A stretch of DNA of 64,000 nucleotides from Candidatus Saganbacteria bacterium (GCA_016939335.1 JAFGHC010000039.1:2376-66375); one strand, 5' to 3'. Shown: positions 54,941 through 63,936, counted from the first letter of the stretch. The notes: a model not told the origin generated them from the letters alone. Made by a program: numbers and translations.

Positions 54941-55332
54941 AAATAGCCATATCTACCGACAACGGGCAGGTATCGGCGCATTTTGGGCGGTGCCCCGAGT
55001 TCACGGTCGTCACGATCGAGAACGGCACGGTCGTCGATCAGGAGACCGTGCCCAATCCGGGGCACCAGCCCGGGTTCCTGCCGAAGTTCCTGCGCCAGCG
55101 AGGAGTGCAAATGATCGTGGCGGGGGGGATGGGGGCGCGCGCCCAAATGCTCTTTGCCGAAGAGCAGATCGAGACCGTGGTCGGCGTTACCGGCAGTGTC
55201 ATGGAAGCGGTCAAAGGGCTGCAGGCCGGAACTTTGCGGAGCGGAACATCGCTCTGCAGTCCGGGAGCCGGGCGAGGCTACGGTTTAAATAAAACGGAGT
55301 GCGATCATCCGCACCATGAGGAGGAAAAATGA
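54937..55332 (+). CDS. NifX/NifB-type dinitrogenase FeMo-cofactor-binding domain protein
   Basis: MKIAISTDNGQVSAHFGRCPEFTVVTIENGTV ... MIVAGGMGARAQ: the Nitro_FeMo-Co (PF02579) pattern. Confidence 0.7.
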   Translation: MKIAISTDNGQVSAHFGRCPEFTVVTIENGTVVDQETVPNPGHQPGFLPKFLRQRGVQMIVAGGMGARAQMLFAEEQIETVVGVTGSVMEAVKGLQAGTLRSGTSLCSPGAGRGYGLNKTECDHPHHEEEK

Positions 55333-55703
55333 AGATCTGTGTGACCGCCGCGGCCGGCTCACTTGACGCGGCTATCGACCCGCGCTTCGGACGCTGCGCT
55401 TTTTTTATCATCATCGACCCGGCCACGCTCGAATTTAAGGCGTTGCCCAATCCTAATCTGGAATCTTCCGGAGGGGCCGGGATCCAGTCGGCCCAGCTGG
55501 TGGCTAACGAAGGGGTTGAGGCGGTGGTCACGGGGAATGTCGGGCCGAACGCCCATCAGACCTTATCCGCCCTGGGGATCAAGGTCCTGATCGGAGCGTC
55601 GGGGACCGTCAGCCAGGCGGTCGCCGACTACCGGGCCGGCAGACTTCAGGAAGCGGCCGGTCCGTCGGTTAGCGGCCACTTTGGACAGGGAGGGGGGAAA
55701 TGA
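55329..55703 (+). CDS. second NifX/NifB-type FeMo-cofactor-binding domain protein
   Basis: MKICVTAAAGSLDAAIDPRFGRCAFFIIIDPATLEF ... AVVTGNVGPNAHQTLSALGIKV. Confidence 0.7.
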   Translation: MKICVTAAAGSLDAAIDPRFGRCAFFIIIDPATLEFKALPNPNLESSGGAGIQSAQLVANEGVEAVVTGNVGPNAHQTLSALGIKVLIGASGTVSQAVADYRAGRLQEAAGPSVSGHFGQGGGK

Positions 55704-56035
55704 GCGATTTACCGTCGGTCACAGGAGAGAATTTCCAGTCAGAAGTATTGCAAGGCCAGAAACCGGTCCTGGTCGATTTCTGGGCGCCCTGGTGCGTTCC
55801 CTGCAAGATGATCGGCCCGGTGCTGGAAAAGGCCGCCGCCAAGCTCGGCGACCGGCTCAGGGTGGTCAAACTGAACGTGGAAGAGGAGAAGGCGACGGCC
55901 GACAGCCACGGGGTGATGAGCATCCCTTCGCTGGTCATGTTTGCCGGGGGAAAGGAGGTCGGCCGGATCGCCGGGTTCATGGACGAGGCGCGCTTGAGCG
56001 CCGAGATCGCCGACCTCTTGGAAATGGCGGGATGA
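55700..56035 (+). CDS. thioredoxin (WCVPC variant)
   Basis: PVLVDFWAPWCVPCKMIGP active site; 111 aa. Confidence 0.8.
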   Translation: MSDLPSVTGENFQSEVLQGQKPVLVDFWAPWCVPCKMIGPVLEKAAAKLGDRLRVVKLNVEEEKATADSHGVMSIPSLVMFAGGKEVGRIAGFMDEARLSAEIADLLEMAG

Positions 56036-56355
56036 CGGCCCCGTCCTTTGCCGAGGTCGACCAGGCCCGCAAGGTTCTGGGCCTGGGAGATAAAGCGGAC
56101 CTGGCAGAAGTCAAGCGGGCGCAGCGGCGGCTGGTAAAGGAGTGGCACCCCGACAAACGCCGTAAGGCTGAGCAGGCGGAATGCCATGAAAAGATGAAAG
56201 AGATCAACCGGGCCTATAAGATCATTATGAAGTACATTGAGAACTACCGTTATGACTTCGTCGAAAGTAAAGTGAGCGAGGACGATCCCATCGCCCGCTG
56301 GAAAGCGCAATTCGGCGACGACCCGACCTGGGGAACGGGCAAAGGGTGGTCTTAG
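56031..56355 (+). CDS. J-domain (DnaJ-like) protein
   Basis: ATG overlapping the thioredoxin stop; LGLGDKADLAEVKRAQRRLVKEWHPDK carries the HPD motif. The track lists only a longer out-of-context ORF (55681-56355). Confidence 0.6.
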
Positions 56356-56356
56356 G

Positions 56357-57043
56357 ATGGCGCTGGAGTTCCGGGGAGCGATCGCCGGCGGTTATGAAGC
56401 CTGGTTCTCGACAGTAAGAGGTCGGTACGCCGACCGGCTGGAGAAAAAGGTCATTTCTGGTCTGGTCAAAATAAGGCCGGGCGAAAAGATTTTAGATGTC
56501 GGTTGCGGCACCGGCCATTTTTCCGCTTTTTTCCGGAAGATGGGCGGTCAAGTCACCGGGCTTGAGCCGTCGCCGGAGATGCTGGCCGAAGCAAGGCGTC
56601 TGTACGGTGAAAGAGGGATAAATTTCATTGCGGGGAACGCCGAACGGTTGCCCTTTGCCGACCGCTCTTTTGACCTGGTCACGCTGATCACGGTCCTGGA
56701 ACTGCTCGACGATCCAGGTCAAGCCTTAGCGGAGGCTTTTCGGGTCGGCAAGGGGAAGGTCTTTCTCGGTATTCTGAACCGGGACAGCATTATTAACCGG
56801 CAGAGGGCAAAAACGGGTAAAGGGATCTGGCGGCAGGTCCATTTTTATACTTTACGGGAGATCAGGGCACTGCTGGGGAAGGGGGCCAAGGTCGTCTGGC
56901 GCGGGGCCCTTCATTTGCCGCTGCCGGCGTCGGAGCGAAGCGCCGTCTGGCGCTATCCGCTCGAAAGCTTATTGTCGAACCTGAAAATGCTCGGCGGCGC
57001 TTTTATTGGGATGATGGCGGAAAGAAAAGATGGGAGGGAATGA
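56357..57043 (+). CDS. class I SAM-dependent methyltransferase (Methyltransf_11 type)
   Basis: ILDVGCGTGHFS motif I; 228 aa. Confidence 0.75.
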   Translation: MALEFRGAIAGGYEAWFSTVRGRYADRLEKKVISGLVKIRPGEKILDVGCGTGHFSAFFRKMGGQVTGLEPSPEMLAEARRLYGERGINFIAGNAERLPFADRSFDLVTLITVLELLDDPGQALAEAFRVGKGKVFLGILNRDSIINRQRAKTGKGIWRQVHFYTLREIRALLGKGAKVVWRGALHLPLPASERSAVWRYPLESLLSNLKMLGGAFIGMMAERKDGRE

Positions 57044-57044
57044 A

Positions 57045-57218
57045 ATGGCTTATATTATTGATCAGGAAAAGTGTATCGGTTGCGGGGCCTGCGCTCCTCA
57101 ATGCGCGGCGGAGGCGATCGCCCCGGATGAGGATAAATACAGGATAGACAGGGAAAAATGCACGGAATGCGGCGCCTGCGTCGATTCCTGCCCGGTCGGA
57201 GCGATCAGCAAGCCATGA
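57045..57218 (+). CDS. 2x[4Fe-4S] ferredoxin
   Basis: CIGCGACAPQC and CTECGACVDSC motifs. ATG at 57045 preceded by GGGAGGGAA. Confidence 0.8.
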   Translation: MAYIIDQEKCIGCGACAPQCAAEAIAPDEDKYRIDREKCTECGACVDSCPVGAISKP

Positions 57219-57556
57219 ACGCCAAGCGCAAGATCGGGATCATCAGGTGTCAGCAAACTGAGGATATGTGCCCGGGGAATACCGGTTTGAAAGCGGCGGC
57301 CGAGGGCAAACTGGCTTTTGCCGAAATTGGCCCGTGCGAGATCGTCGGTTTTGTTACCTGCGGCGGCTGCCCGGGCAAAAGGGCGGTTACCAGGGCGAAA
57401 ATGCTGGTCGAGCGGGGAACGGACACGATCGTCATCGCGTCGTGCATCAGCAAGGGGCATCCGGTCGGAGTTCCCTGCCCGCATTTTGCGCAAATGAAGG
57501 AAAGTATTGCCAAAAAAGTCGGTCCGGAGATAAAAATAATCGATTGGACGCATTGA
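57215..57556 (+). CDS. CGGC-domain protein
   Basis: MNAKRKIGIIRCQQTEDMCPG ... VGFVTCGGCPGKR ... IASCISKG conserved-cysteine pattern of PF08821. ATGA overlap with the ferredoxin stop. Confidence 0.65.
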   Translation: MNAKRKIGIIRCQQTEDMCPGNTGLKAAAEGKLAFAEIGPCEIVGFVTCGGCPGKRAVTRAKMLVERGTDTIVIASCISKGHPVGVPCPHFAQMKESIAKKVGPEIKIIDWTH

Positions 57557-57996
57557 AATTGATAATTAAGTCAAGGCCGATAGGCATAATTCATTCCCCT
57601 TTCAAGACCAAGGAAGAAGCGCCGATCCAGCCGTTCAAGTCGGACGCTGAAGGGCGGGTGGAAGTCTATGAAAAATATGCCGCGGGGCTGGAAGGGATCG
57701 AGCAGTTCTCCCACGTGATCCTGGCCTATTATTTCCACCAGATCAAGGACGAACGGCTCAAGGTAAAACCGTATCTTGACGACAACGAATACGGGGTGTA
57801 TGCCACGCGGCATCCCCACCGGCCGAACCACATCGGTATTTCAACGGTCAGGCTGCTCGGGAGGAAAGGGAAGATCCTGCGGGTCAAGAATATTGACATT
57901 GTTGACGGCAGTCCGTTGCTGGATATCAAGCCGTACGTTTCGGCCTTTGACCGCCGGGATAACGTCAAAGACGGCTGGCTGGAGGGGAAGATATGA
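57556..57996 (+). CDS. tsaA: tRNA (adenine37-N6)-methyltransferase TsaA/TrmO (YaeB family)
   Basis: TTG start; PIGIIHSPFKTKEEAPIQP ... HPHRPNHIGISTVRLL ... LDIKPY. Confidence 0.7.
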   Translation, partial: KLIIKSRPIGIIHSPFKTKEEAPIQPFKSDAEGRVEVYEKYAAGLEGIEQFSHVILAYYFHQIKDERLKVKPYLDDNEYGVYATRHPHRPNHIGISTVRLLGRKGKILRVKNIDIVDGSPLLDIKPYVSAFDRRDNVKDGWLEGKI

Positions 57997-58718
57997 ACAA
58001 AGGCCCGGGGGGGCTGGAGATCAAAGGTTTTATCGAAACCTCTTTCCTCGATTGGGACGGAAAGATCGTTTCGACTTTATACGTGGCCGGGTGTAATTTC
58101 CGCTGTCCCTTTTGTCATAACGCCGGACTCATTGAGAGGCCGCACGAGTATGAAACGATCCCTCTGGAGCGCATAGAGAATTACCTGCTGGCCCATAAGG
58201 ATTTTATAGACGGGATCTGCCTGACCGGCGGCGAACCCTGTTTGCATAAGGGCCGGGGGCTTTTTGAGTTCATGAAGCGGGTTAAGGACAAGGGGTTTGA
58301 AATAAAATTAGACAGCAATGGGACGGACCCGGAATGCTTGAAGACGGCGCTCGACCAAAAACTGGCCGATTATTTCGCCATGGATATCAAGGGGCCGCTG
58401 GACGAAAGGTACGACGGCCTTTCCGGGGTAAAGACGGACCTGGCCGGGATCAAAGAGAGCGTTAAAACCATCAGAGAAAGCGGCGTCCCACATGAGTTCC
58501 GCACGACGGTGCTGCCGACCCTGCTGGGAGAGGAAGAGATCGCGGCGATCGCCGGTTACCTGGCCGGCGCGGAGAAGTTCGTGCTTCAGCAGTTCGCGCC
58601 GGACCATGCCTGGGACGAGAAGCTGCGTTCGGTCAAGCCGTATGAAAAGCCGGAGCTTGAGCGTCTGGCCCGGGTTGCCAGAACGCACGTGCCCAATGTC
58701 CTGATCCGGGGGGTATGA
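57993..58718 (+). CDS. NrdG-like radical SAM activating enzyme
   Basis: SFLDWDGKIVSTLYVAGCNFRCPFCHN matches the NrdG/PFL-AE N-terminal cluster motif; 241 aa. No glycyl-radical enzyme gene is present in the window. Confidence 0.65.
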   Translation: MNKGPGGLEIKGFIETSFLDWDGKIVSTLYVAGCNFRCPFCHNAGLIERPHEYETIPLERIENYLLAHKDFIDGICLTGGEPCLHKGRGLFEFMKRVKDKGFEIKLDSNGTDPECLKTALDQKLADYFAMDIKGPLDERYDGLSGVKTDLAGIKESVKTIRESGVPHEFRTTVLPTLLGEEEIAAIAGYLAGAEKFVLQQFAPDHAWDEKLRSVKPYEKPELERLARVARTHVPNVLIRGV

Positions 58719-58753
58719 TGACGGCAGCCAATTAAAGCAAGGGAGGAAAAAGG

Positions 58754-60103
58754 ATGAAAGAGAAAGAAGCCGATGTCATTGTTGTCGGGGGCGGCCCGGC
58801 GGGGGTGATCAGCGCGGTGACGGCGCGCCGGTATTATCCCGACAAGAAAATATTGGTCATTAAGAGCGTCGGCCGGGGCGTGATCCCCTGCGGCATACCT
58901 TACATGTTCGCCACCCTGGAAAAACCCGAGGACAACGCCATGAGCGATCTTCCCCTGGAAAAGAGCAATGTGGAGTTGCTGGTGGACGAGGTGACCGCGG
59001 TCAACAGGCAAGGGAAGACCGTCAGCACCAAAAGCGGCAGGGAGCTGGCCTACGACAAGCTGGTCCTGGCCCACGGCTCCGAACCGGTCGTCCCGCCGGT
59101 CAAAGGGATAGAGAAGAAAGGCGTTTATCCGATTTACAAAGACCTGGATTATCTGAAGGCGATGAAGGAGGAGATAAGGAAAGCCAAAAGCGTCCTGATC
59201 ATCGGCGGCGGCTTTATCGGCGTCGAATTTGCGGATGAATTGGCCGGCCTTAAGGGGCTAAAGGTTTACCTGGTCGAGCTTTTGCCGGGCCTTCTGGCGA
59301 ACTCGTTTGACGCGGAATTCGGGCAAATGGCGCTGGCCAAGCTTAAGGCCAAAGGGGTGGAGGTCATCTGCGGGGAAAAAGTGGAGGAGCTTACCGGGGG
59401 GGATCAAGTGACCGGCGTCCTCTTGTCCGACGGGACCAGGCGGCCGGTGGAGGCCGTGGTCCTGGGTATCGGCGCGCGGCCGAACGTGAAACTCGCCGAA
59501 GCGGCCGGTATCGATCTGGGCCGTGGTCAGGGCATTTGGACGGACGAGTATATGCGCACTTCGGACCCGGATATTTTCGCCGTCGGCGACTGCGCGGGGA
59601 AAAGGGATTTCTTTACCCGCAAAAGTTTGCCGGTCATGCTGGCGTCCACCGCCACGGCGGAAGCCAGGATCGCCGGGGCCAACCTGTTCCAGCTGAAAGT
59701 GGTGCGTGAGAACAAAGGGACGATAGCGATCTATTCGACTTATGTGAACGGGCTGGTGCTCGGTTCGGCCGGATTAAATGAGGCGACCGCGGGGAAAGAG
59801 GGCTTTGATTACATAGCAGGCGAGGCGGAGGCGCCGGACAAACATCCGGGCGGGATCCCGGGGATGGTCAAGATGAGGGTTAAACTCGTTTTTTCCAGGC
59901 AATCGGAGATACTTTTGGGCGGCCAGGTGTCCGGCGGGATGTCGGCCGGTGAAGTTATAAATATAATCGGGATGGCGCTGCAAAAGCGGGTATCCGCCAC
60001 GGAACTCGAGACCCTGCAGATAGCGACCCATCCCTGTTTGACCGCCGCGCCGACGATGTACCCGCTGGTCCTGGCGGCGCAGGACGCGGCGGGCAAGATC
60101 TGA
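58754..60103 (+). CDS. FAD-dependent pyridine nucleotide-disulfide oxidoreductase (NADH oxidase / CoA-disulfide reductase-like)
   Basis: VIVVGGGPAGV FAD motif, single redox Cys in VIPCGIPY, second Rossmann LIIGGGFIGVE; 449 aa. Confidence 0.75.
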   Translation: MKEKEADVIVVGGGPAGVISAVTARRYYPDKKILVIKSVGRGVIPCGIPYMFATLEKPEDNAMSDLPLEKSNVELLVDEVTAVNRQGKTVSTKSGRELAYDKLVLAHGSEPVVPPVKGIEKKGVYPIYKDLDYLKAMKEEIRKAKSVLIIGGGFIGVEFADELAGLKGLKVYLVELLPGLLANSFDAEFGQMALAKLKAKGVEVICGEKVEELTGGDQVTGVLLSDGTRRPVEAVVLGIGARPNVKLAEAAGIDLGRGQGIWTDEYMRTSDPDIFAVGDCAGKRDFFTRKSLPVMLASTATAEARIAGANLFQLKVVRENKGTIAIYSTYVNGLVLGSAGLNEATAGKEGFDYIAGEAEAPDKHPGGIPGMVKMRVKLVFSRQSEILLGGQVSGGMSAGEVINIIGMALQKRVSATELETLQIATHPCLTAAPTMYPLVLAAQDAAGKI

Positions 60104-60870
60104 TGAAATATATTTACGGCCCGGTGCCGTCGTGGCGTCTGGGGCGGTCGCTGGGGGTCGACCTGGTTTCCGGGGATAAAACCTGCTCTTTCGATTGCGT
60201 CTATTGCCAGCTGGGCAAAACGGTCAGGCACTATATCAAGCGCCAGCTTTTTGTCCCGATCGCGGAGATTGTTGAAGAGCTGGAAAGCGTCCCCCGTTTG
60301 AACATCGATTACATCACTTTATCAGGGACCGGAGAGCCGACGCTGGCGCTGAACCTGGGTGACGCCATTGAGAAGATCAAGGGGCATTTCACCAAGCCGG
60401 TGGCGGTTCTGACCAATTCTTCGCTGTTGCACGATTCGCAGGTGAGAAAGGAACTGGGGGCCGCAGACCTGGTCGTAGCCAAGCTGGACGCGCCAAACGA
60501 AGAAATTTTTCATCGTGTCAGCCGGCCATCCGGGGGGATAACCTTTCACATGATCGTGGATGGGATCAAGCGCTTCAATCAGGAATATCCCGGCAAGCTC
60601 GCTTTGCAGATGATGTTCGTGCCGCAAAACAAGGAACACGCGGCGGCCATGGCCCGGCTGGCCAAGGAGATCGGTCCGGTTGAGGTCCAGCTCAATACCC
60701 CCCTGCGGCCCAGCCCGGTCAAACCGCTGACGGTTGAAGAGCTGGCCGAAGTCAAAAAAATATTCCTGGCCGCCGGGCTGGAAAGAGTCTATTCCGTTTA
60801 CGATGTCGAGCGCCCGGAAACGCGGCCGCTCGACGAGAGCGAAACGAGGCGCCGGAGGCCGGAAGCTTGA
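60103..60870 (+). CDS. radical SAM protein (COG0731-like)
   Basis: YGPVPSWRLGRSLGVDLVSGDKTCSFDCVYCQLG: CX3CX2C 30 residues from the N-terminus; 255 aa. Confidence 0.65.
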   Translation: MKYIYGPVPSWRLGRSLGVDLVSGDKTCSFDCVYCQLGKTVRHYIKRQLFVPIAEIVEELESVPRLNIDYITLSGTGEPTLALNLGDAIEKIKGHFTKPVAVLTNSSLLHDSQVRKELGAADLVVAKLDAPNEEIFHRVSRPSGGITFHMIVDGIKRFNQEYPGKLALQMMFVPQNKEHAAAMARLAKEIGPVEVQLNTPLRPSPVKPLTVEELAEVKKIFLAAGLERVYSVYDVERPETRPLDESETRRRRPEA

Positions 60871-62249
60871 TCATCAATGATAAACAAATCGAGTCCTTAT
60901 TGGCCGGAGCAGCCAAATCCGGTCCATCATTAGTCGCTGATATCTTAGCCAAGGCCCGGGAGACTAAAGGGCTGACTCCGGCCGAAACCGCGGTTCTTTT
61001 GCAGTGCGAAGATAAAGGCTTGATCCAGCAGATACTCCAGGCCGCTAAGCATGTGAAAGAAGAAATATATGGCAAGCGGCTGGTCCTTTTTGCCCCGCTT
61101 TACGTGACGAACGAGTGTATTAACAATTGCCTTTATTGCGGTTTTCGCAAGGACAATACCAGTTTAACAAGGAAAACCCTCTCGCTGGACGAACTGGCGG
61201 AAGAAGTTACTATCCTTGAAGATATGGGGCACAAAAGAATCCTGATGGTTTTTGGGGAGCATCCCCGGCATTCGAACATCGATTTCATTGAAAAATCAAT
61301 TGCAAGGGCCTATGCCACCAAGTCAAAAAAGGGAGAAATGCGGCGGATAAATGTGAACCTGGCTCCGCTTTCCCTGGAAGATTTTAAGCGGCTGAAAGCG
61401 GCCAAGATCGGTACCTATCAGGCTTTTCAGGAGACCTACCACCGGGAAACTTATAAATACCTTCATCCTTCAGGCAAAAAAGCCGATTACGACTGGCGGG
61501 TGACCGCTTTTGACCGGGCCCAGCAGGCCGGGATCGATGATATCGGCGCCGGAGTTTTATTTGGCCTGTACGATTATAAATTCGAGGTCCTGGCCCTGCA
61601 GTACCATTCTATGCATCTCGAAAAGGAATATGGGTCCGGCCCGCACACCATTTCCGTCCCACGCCTCGAGCCGGCCTTAAACGCCCCGGCGGCGAATTGC
61701 CCGCCCCATCCCGTTTCTGACGAGGAGTTTAAAAAACTGGTGGCGATCATCCGCCTGGCCGTTCCTTACACCGGCATGATCCTTTCCACCAGGGAAGCGC
61801 CCGCCTTAAGGGATGAGCTGGTCGGCCTGGGCATTTCCCAGCTCTCCGCCGGCTCGCGAACCTATCCCGGCGGGTACAAGGACCAGCTGGCCCATGTCGA
61901 AGTCGAAGAGCAGTTCCAGATCGAAGATACACGGCCGCTCGATCAGGTTATTTATGACCTGTGCAAGATCGGCTATATTCCCAGCTTTTGCACGGCTTGT
62001 TACCGGTTGGGCCGGACCGGGGAAAATTTCATGGGGTTTGCCAAAACCGGCTTTATTCGCAACTTTTGCACCCCCAACGCTTTGCTGACATTTAAAGAAT
62101 ACTTGCTCGACTACGCTTTGCCGGCGACCCGGGAGCTGGGAGAGCGGGTCTTTAAAGAGCACCTGGACAAGTTGCCTGAAAATATCCGCGAAAAAACCTT
62201 GGCCAAGTGCCGGGAACTGGAGGCGGGAGAAAGGGACAGGTATTTCTAG
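60867..62249 (+). CDS. hydG: HydG-like radical SAM enzyme ([FeFe]-hydrogenase H-cluster maturase family; ThiH-related)
   Basis: N-terminal CINNCLYC radical-SAM cluster. C-terminal CTAC-(22 aa)-C (CX2CX22C), which distinguishes HydG from ThiH. 460 aa. Confidence 0.6.
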   Translation: MIINDKQIESLLAGAAKSGPSLVADILAKARETKGLTPAETAVLLQCEDKGLIQQILQAAKHVKEEIYGKRLVLFAPLYVTNECINNCLYCGFRKDNTSLTRKTLSLDELAEEVTILEDMGHKRILMVFGEHPRHSNIDFIEKSIARAYATKSKKGEMRRINVNLAPLSLEDFKRLKAAKIGTYQAFQETYHRETYKYLHPSGKKADYDWRVTAFDRAQQAGIDDIGAGVLFGLYDYKFEVLALQYHSMHLEKEYGSGPHTISVPRLEPALNAPAANCPPHPVSDEEFKKLVAIIRLAVPYTGMILSTREAPALRDELVGLGISQLSAGSRTYPGGYKDQLAHVEVEEQFQIEDTRPLDQVIYDLCKIGYIPSFCTACYRLGRTGENFMGFAKTGFIRNFCTPNALLTFKEYLLDYALPATRELGERVFKEHLDKLPENIREKTLAKCRELEAGERDRYF

Positions 62250-62250
62250 T

Positions 62251-62568
62251 ATGGATAAGATCAAACATAAAATAATGGTCATGAGCAATAAAGGGGGCGT
62301 CGGTAAAAGCACCGTGTCCGTCAACCTGGCCTTTGGCTTGAGCGAGCAGGGCAAAAAAGTCGGGCTCCTCGACGCCGATCTGCACGGGCCGAGCCTGGCG
62401 AAAATGAGCGGCTCACAGGGCAATCTGCTCTCCGCCCGGGAGGGGAGGATCGCGCCCTTGGAAATGGGCGGGAACATGAAAATTGTCAGTTTAGCTTTAT
62501 TGTTCGGCCGGCAAGACGAGCCCATTATCTGGCGCGGCCCGCTAAAAATGAAAGCGATCAAACAATGA
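62251..62568 (+). pseudogene. Mrp/ApbC/NBP35-family ATPase, truncated after 105 codons
   Basis: MVMSNKGGVGKSTVSVNLAFGL P-loop and IIWRGPLKMKAIKQ match the Mrp family. Reading frame terminates at TGA 62566. The following about 190 bp is a hairpin-rich element, not coding. Confidence 0.55.
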
Positions 62569-62570
62569 AA

Positions 62571-62760
62571 AGATATCCCCGCCGCTTGCGGCGCGGGTAC
62601 CTTATGGTGGCCGAAGGGGTAAGGGGCAATAAAGAAAGGGTTTGGAACCACACACTAAAGTGTGTGGAATATTCCCCAGACTTTAGTCTGGGGTTACAGC
62701 CAAAAAACAGGAGAAGAAACGTGAAAGCTAAAGATACCCCACCGCTTGCGGTGGGGAGTT
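62571..62760. repeat. hairpin-rich element with two terminal CCCC(A/G)CCGCTTGCGG(T/C)GGGG hairpins flanking two internal palindromes (H2, H3)
   Basis: H1 62577-62597 imperfect. H2 CCACACAC-TAAA-GTGTGTGG 62648-62667. H3 CCCCAGAC-TTTA-GTCTGGGG 62674-62693. H4 CCCCACCGC-TTGC-GGTGGGG 62737-62756. H2 plus flank is an inverted copy of 38891-38910. Confidence 0.6.
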
Positions 62761-63081
62761 AGGTCATTTAGCAAGGGGCAGGGGAATTTCGAGGCCTTAT
62801 CGGATGAGGAGCGGCCGATCTTTTTTATGTTCAAGGTCAAATGCCCGGTCATCGGCAAAGATGTCAAAGGGGAAATGGGCGAAGCGGTCCTAAAAGCCCA
62901 TGCTTACCGTGACTAAGGCGGGGAGCGCGGTCCCGCTGGCGAAGAATGCGGCCAAAGCGCCGACGGCCGAGCTGCCGTACCCGGGCAAAATCTTCGGCCC
63001 GGTCGTTTCGGTCAACGCTTGCCGTCGCTTCGAGCGGGCCGAAGGCCGTTGCCGGGCGGTTCATAAAACGGAGGGAAAAAG

Positions 63082-63936
63082 ATGATCATCGCGGTCGCTT
63101 CGGGGAAAGGCGGGACCGGCAAGACGCTGGTCGCGACCTCGCTGGCCCTGTCCCTCGGCCAGAACGTCCAGCTGCTCGATTGCGACGTGGAGGAGCCGAA
63201 CGCAGCCATTTTTATCAAACCAAAGATCGAACAGAGTATGACGGCTTCCGTTCCGGTCCCGACGGTCGATGAAAGCAAGTGCGACTATTGCGGTAAATGC
63301 GCCGAAGTTTGTGAATACCACGCCATCGTGGTCGCGAAGAATAAAGTCTTGATCTTTCCCGAGCTTTGCCATAGTTGCGGCGCGTGCACGCTGCTTTGTC
63401 CGCGGCAGGCGATAACCGAGCGGGAACGGGTTATCGGCCGGATCGACATTGGTCATAAAGAGGGGCTCAGGTTCGTCCAGGGGTGCCTTAATGTCGGCGA
63501 AGCGATATCGCCGCCGCTGATCAGGCGGGTTAAAGAGTTGATCGATCCCGGGCGTACGGTGATCATCGATTCGCCGCCGGGAACATCATGTCCGGTCATT
63601 GCCGCGGTTAAAGGATGCGATTTTTGCCTGTTAGTGACCGAGCCGACCCCATTCGGCTTGAATGACCTGGTTTTGGCGGTGGAGACGGTCCGCAAGCTTG
63701 GGATCCCGTTCGGCGTGATCATTAACCGCGCCGACCTGGGAGATAATAAGACGGAAGAGTACTGCGCGGCGGAAAATATCCCGGTGCTGTTAAGGATCCC
63801 GTTCAAAAAAGAGATCGCGGAGGCGTATGCAAAAGGGACCGCGGCCGTTGAGATAATGCCGGAATGCGGGCCAAAGTTCAGGGGAGCGTTCGAGGCGGCC
63901 GGCAGGATCGTTGAGCGGCGAGGCGGGAAAACGTGA
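63082..63936 (+). CDS. MinD/ParA-superfamily P-loop ATPase with an inserted 2x[4Fe-4S] ferredoxin domain (CooC-like)
   Basis: MIIAVASGKGGTGKT P-loop, two CxxCxxCxxxC ferredoxin motifs (CDYCGKCAEVCE, CHSCGACTLLCP), then DSPPGTSCPVIAAV. RBS AACGGAGGGAAAAAG. Confidence 0.7.
   Translation: MIIAVASGKGGTGKTLVATSLALSLGQNVQLLDCDVEEPNAAIFIKPKIEQSMTASVPVPTVDESKCDYCGKCAEVCEYHAIVVAKNKVLIFPELCHSCGACTLLCPRQAITERERVIGRIDIGHKEGLRFVQGCLNVGEAISPPLIRRVKELIDPGRTVIIDSPPGTSCPVIAAVKGCDFCLLVTEPTPFGLNDLVLAVETVRKLGIPFGVIINRADLGDNKTEEYCAAENIPVLLRIPFKKEIAEAYAKGTAAVEIMPECGPKFRGAFEAAGRIVERRGGKT

Noticed and set aside
57993-58718. Assigning the NrdG-like activase as the missing AmmeMemoRadiSam radical SAM partner
   Set aside because: It is 241 aa with an NrdG-type N-terminus. 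The AmmeMemoRadiSam radical SAM proteins are larger PflA-type enzymes and are normally adjacent to proteins A and B. Distance (36 kb) and size argue against it.
62900-63085. GC3-rich 61-codon ORF (MLTVTKAGSAVPLAKNAAKAPTAELPYPGKIFGPVVSVNACRRFERAEGRCRAVHKTEGKR) overlapping the MinD-like start
   Set aside because: Codon bias is suggestive, but there is no RBS and no motif, and its last codons overlap the RBS and start of the next gene. It could equally be a remnant of the disrupted mrp region. Mentioned under the mrp finding only.
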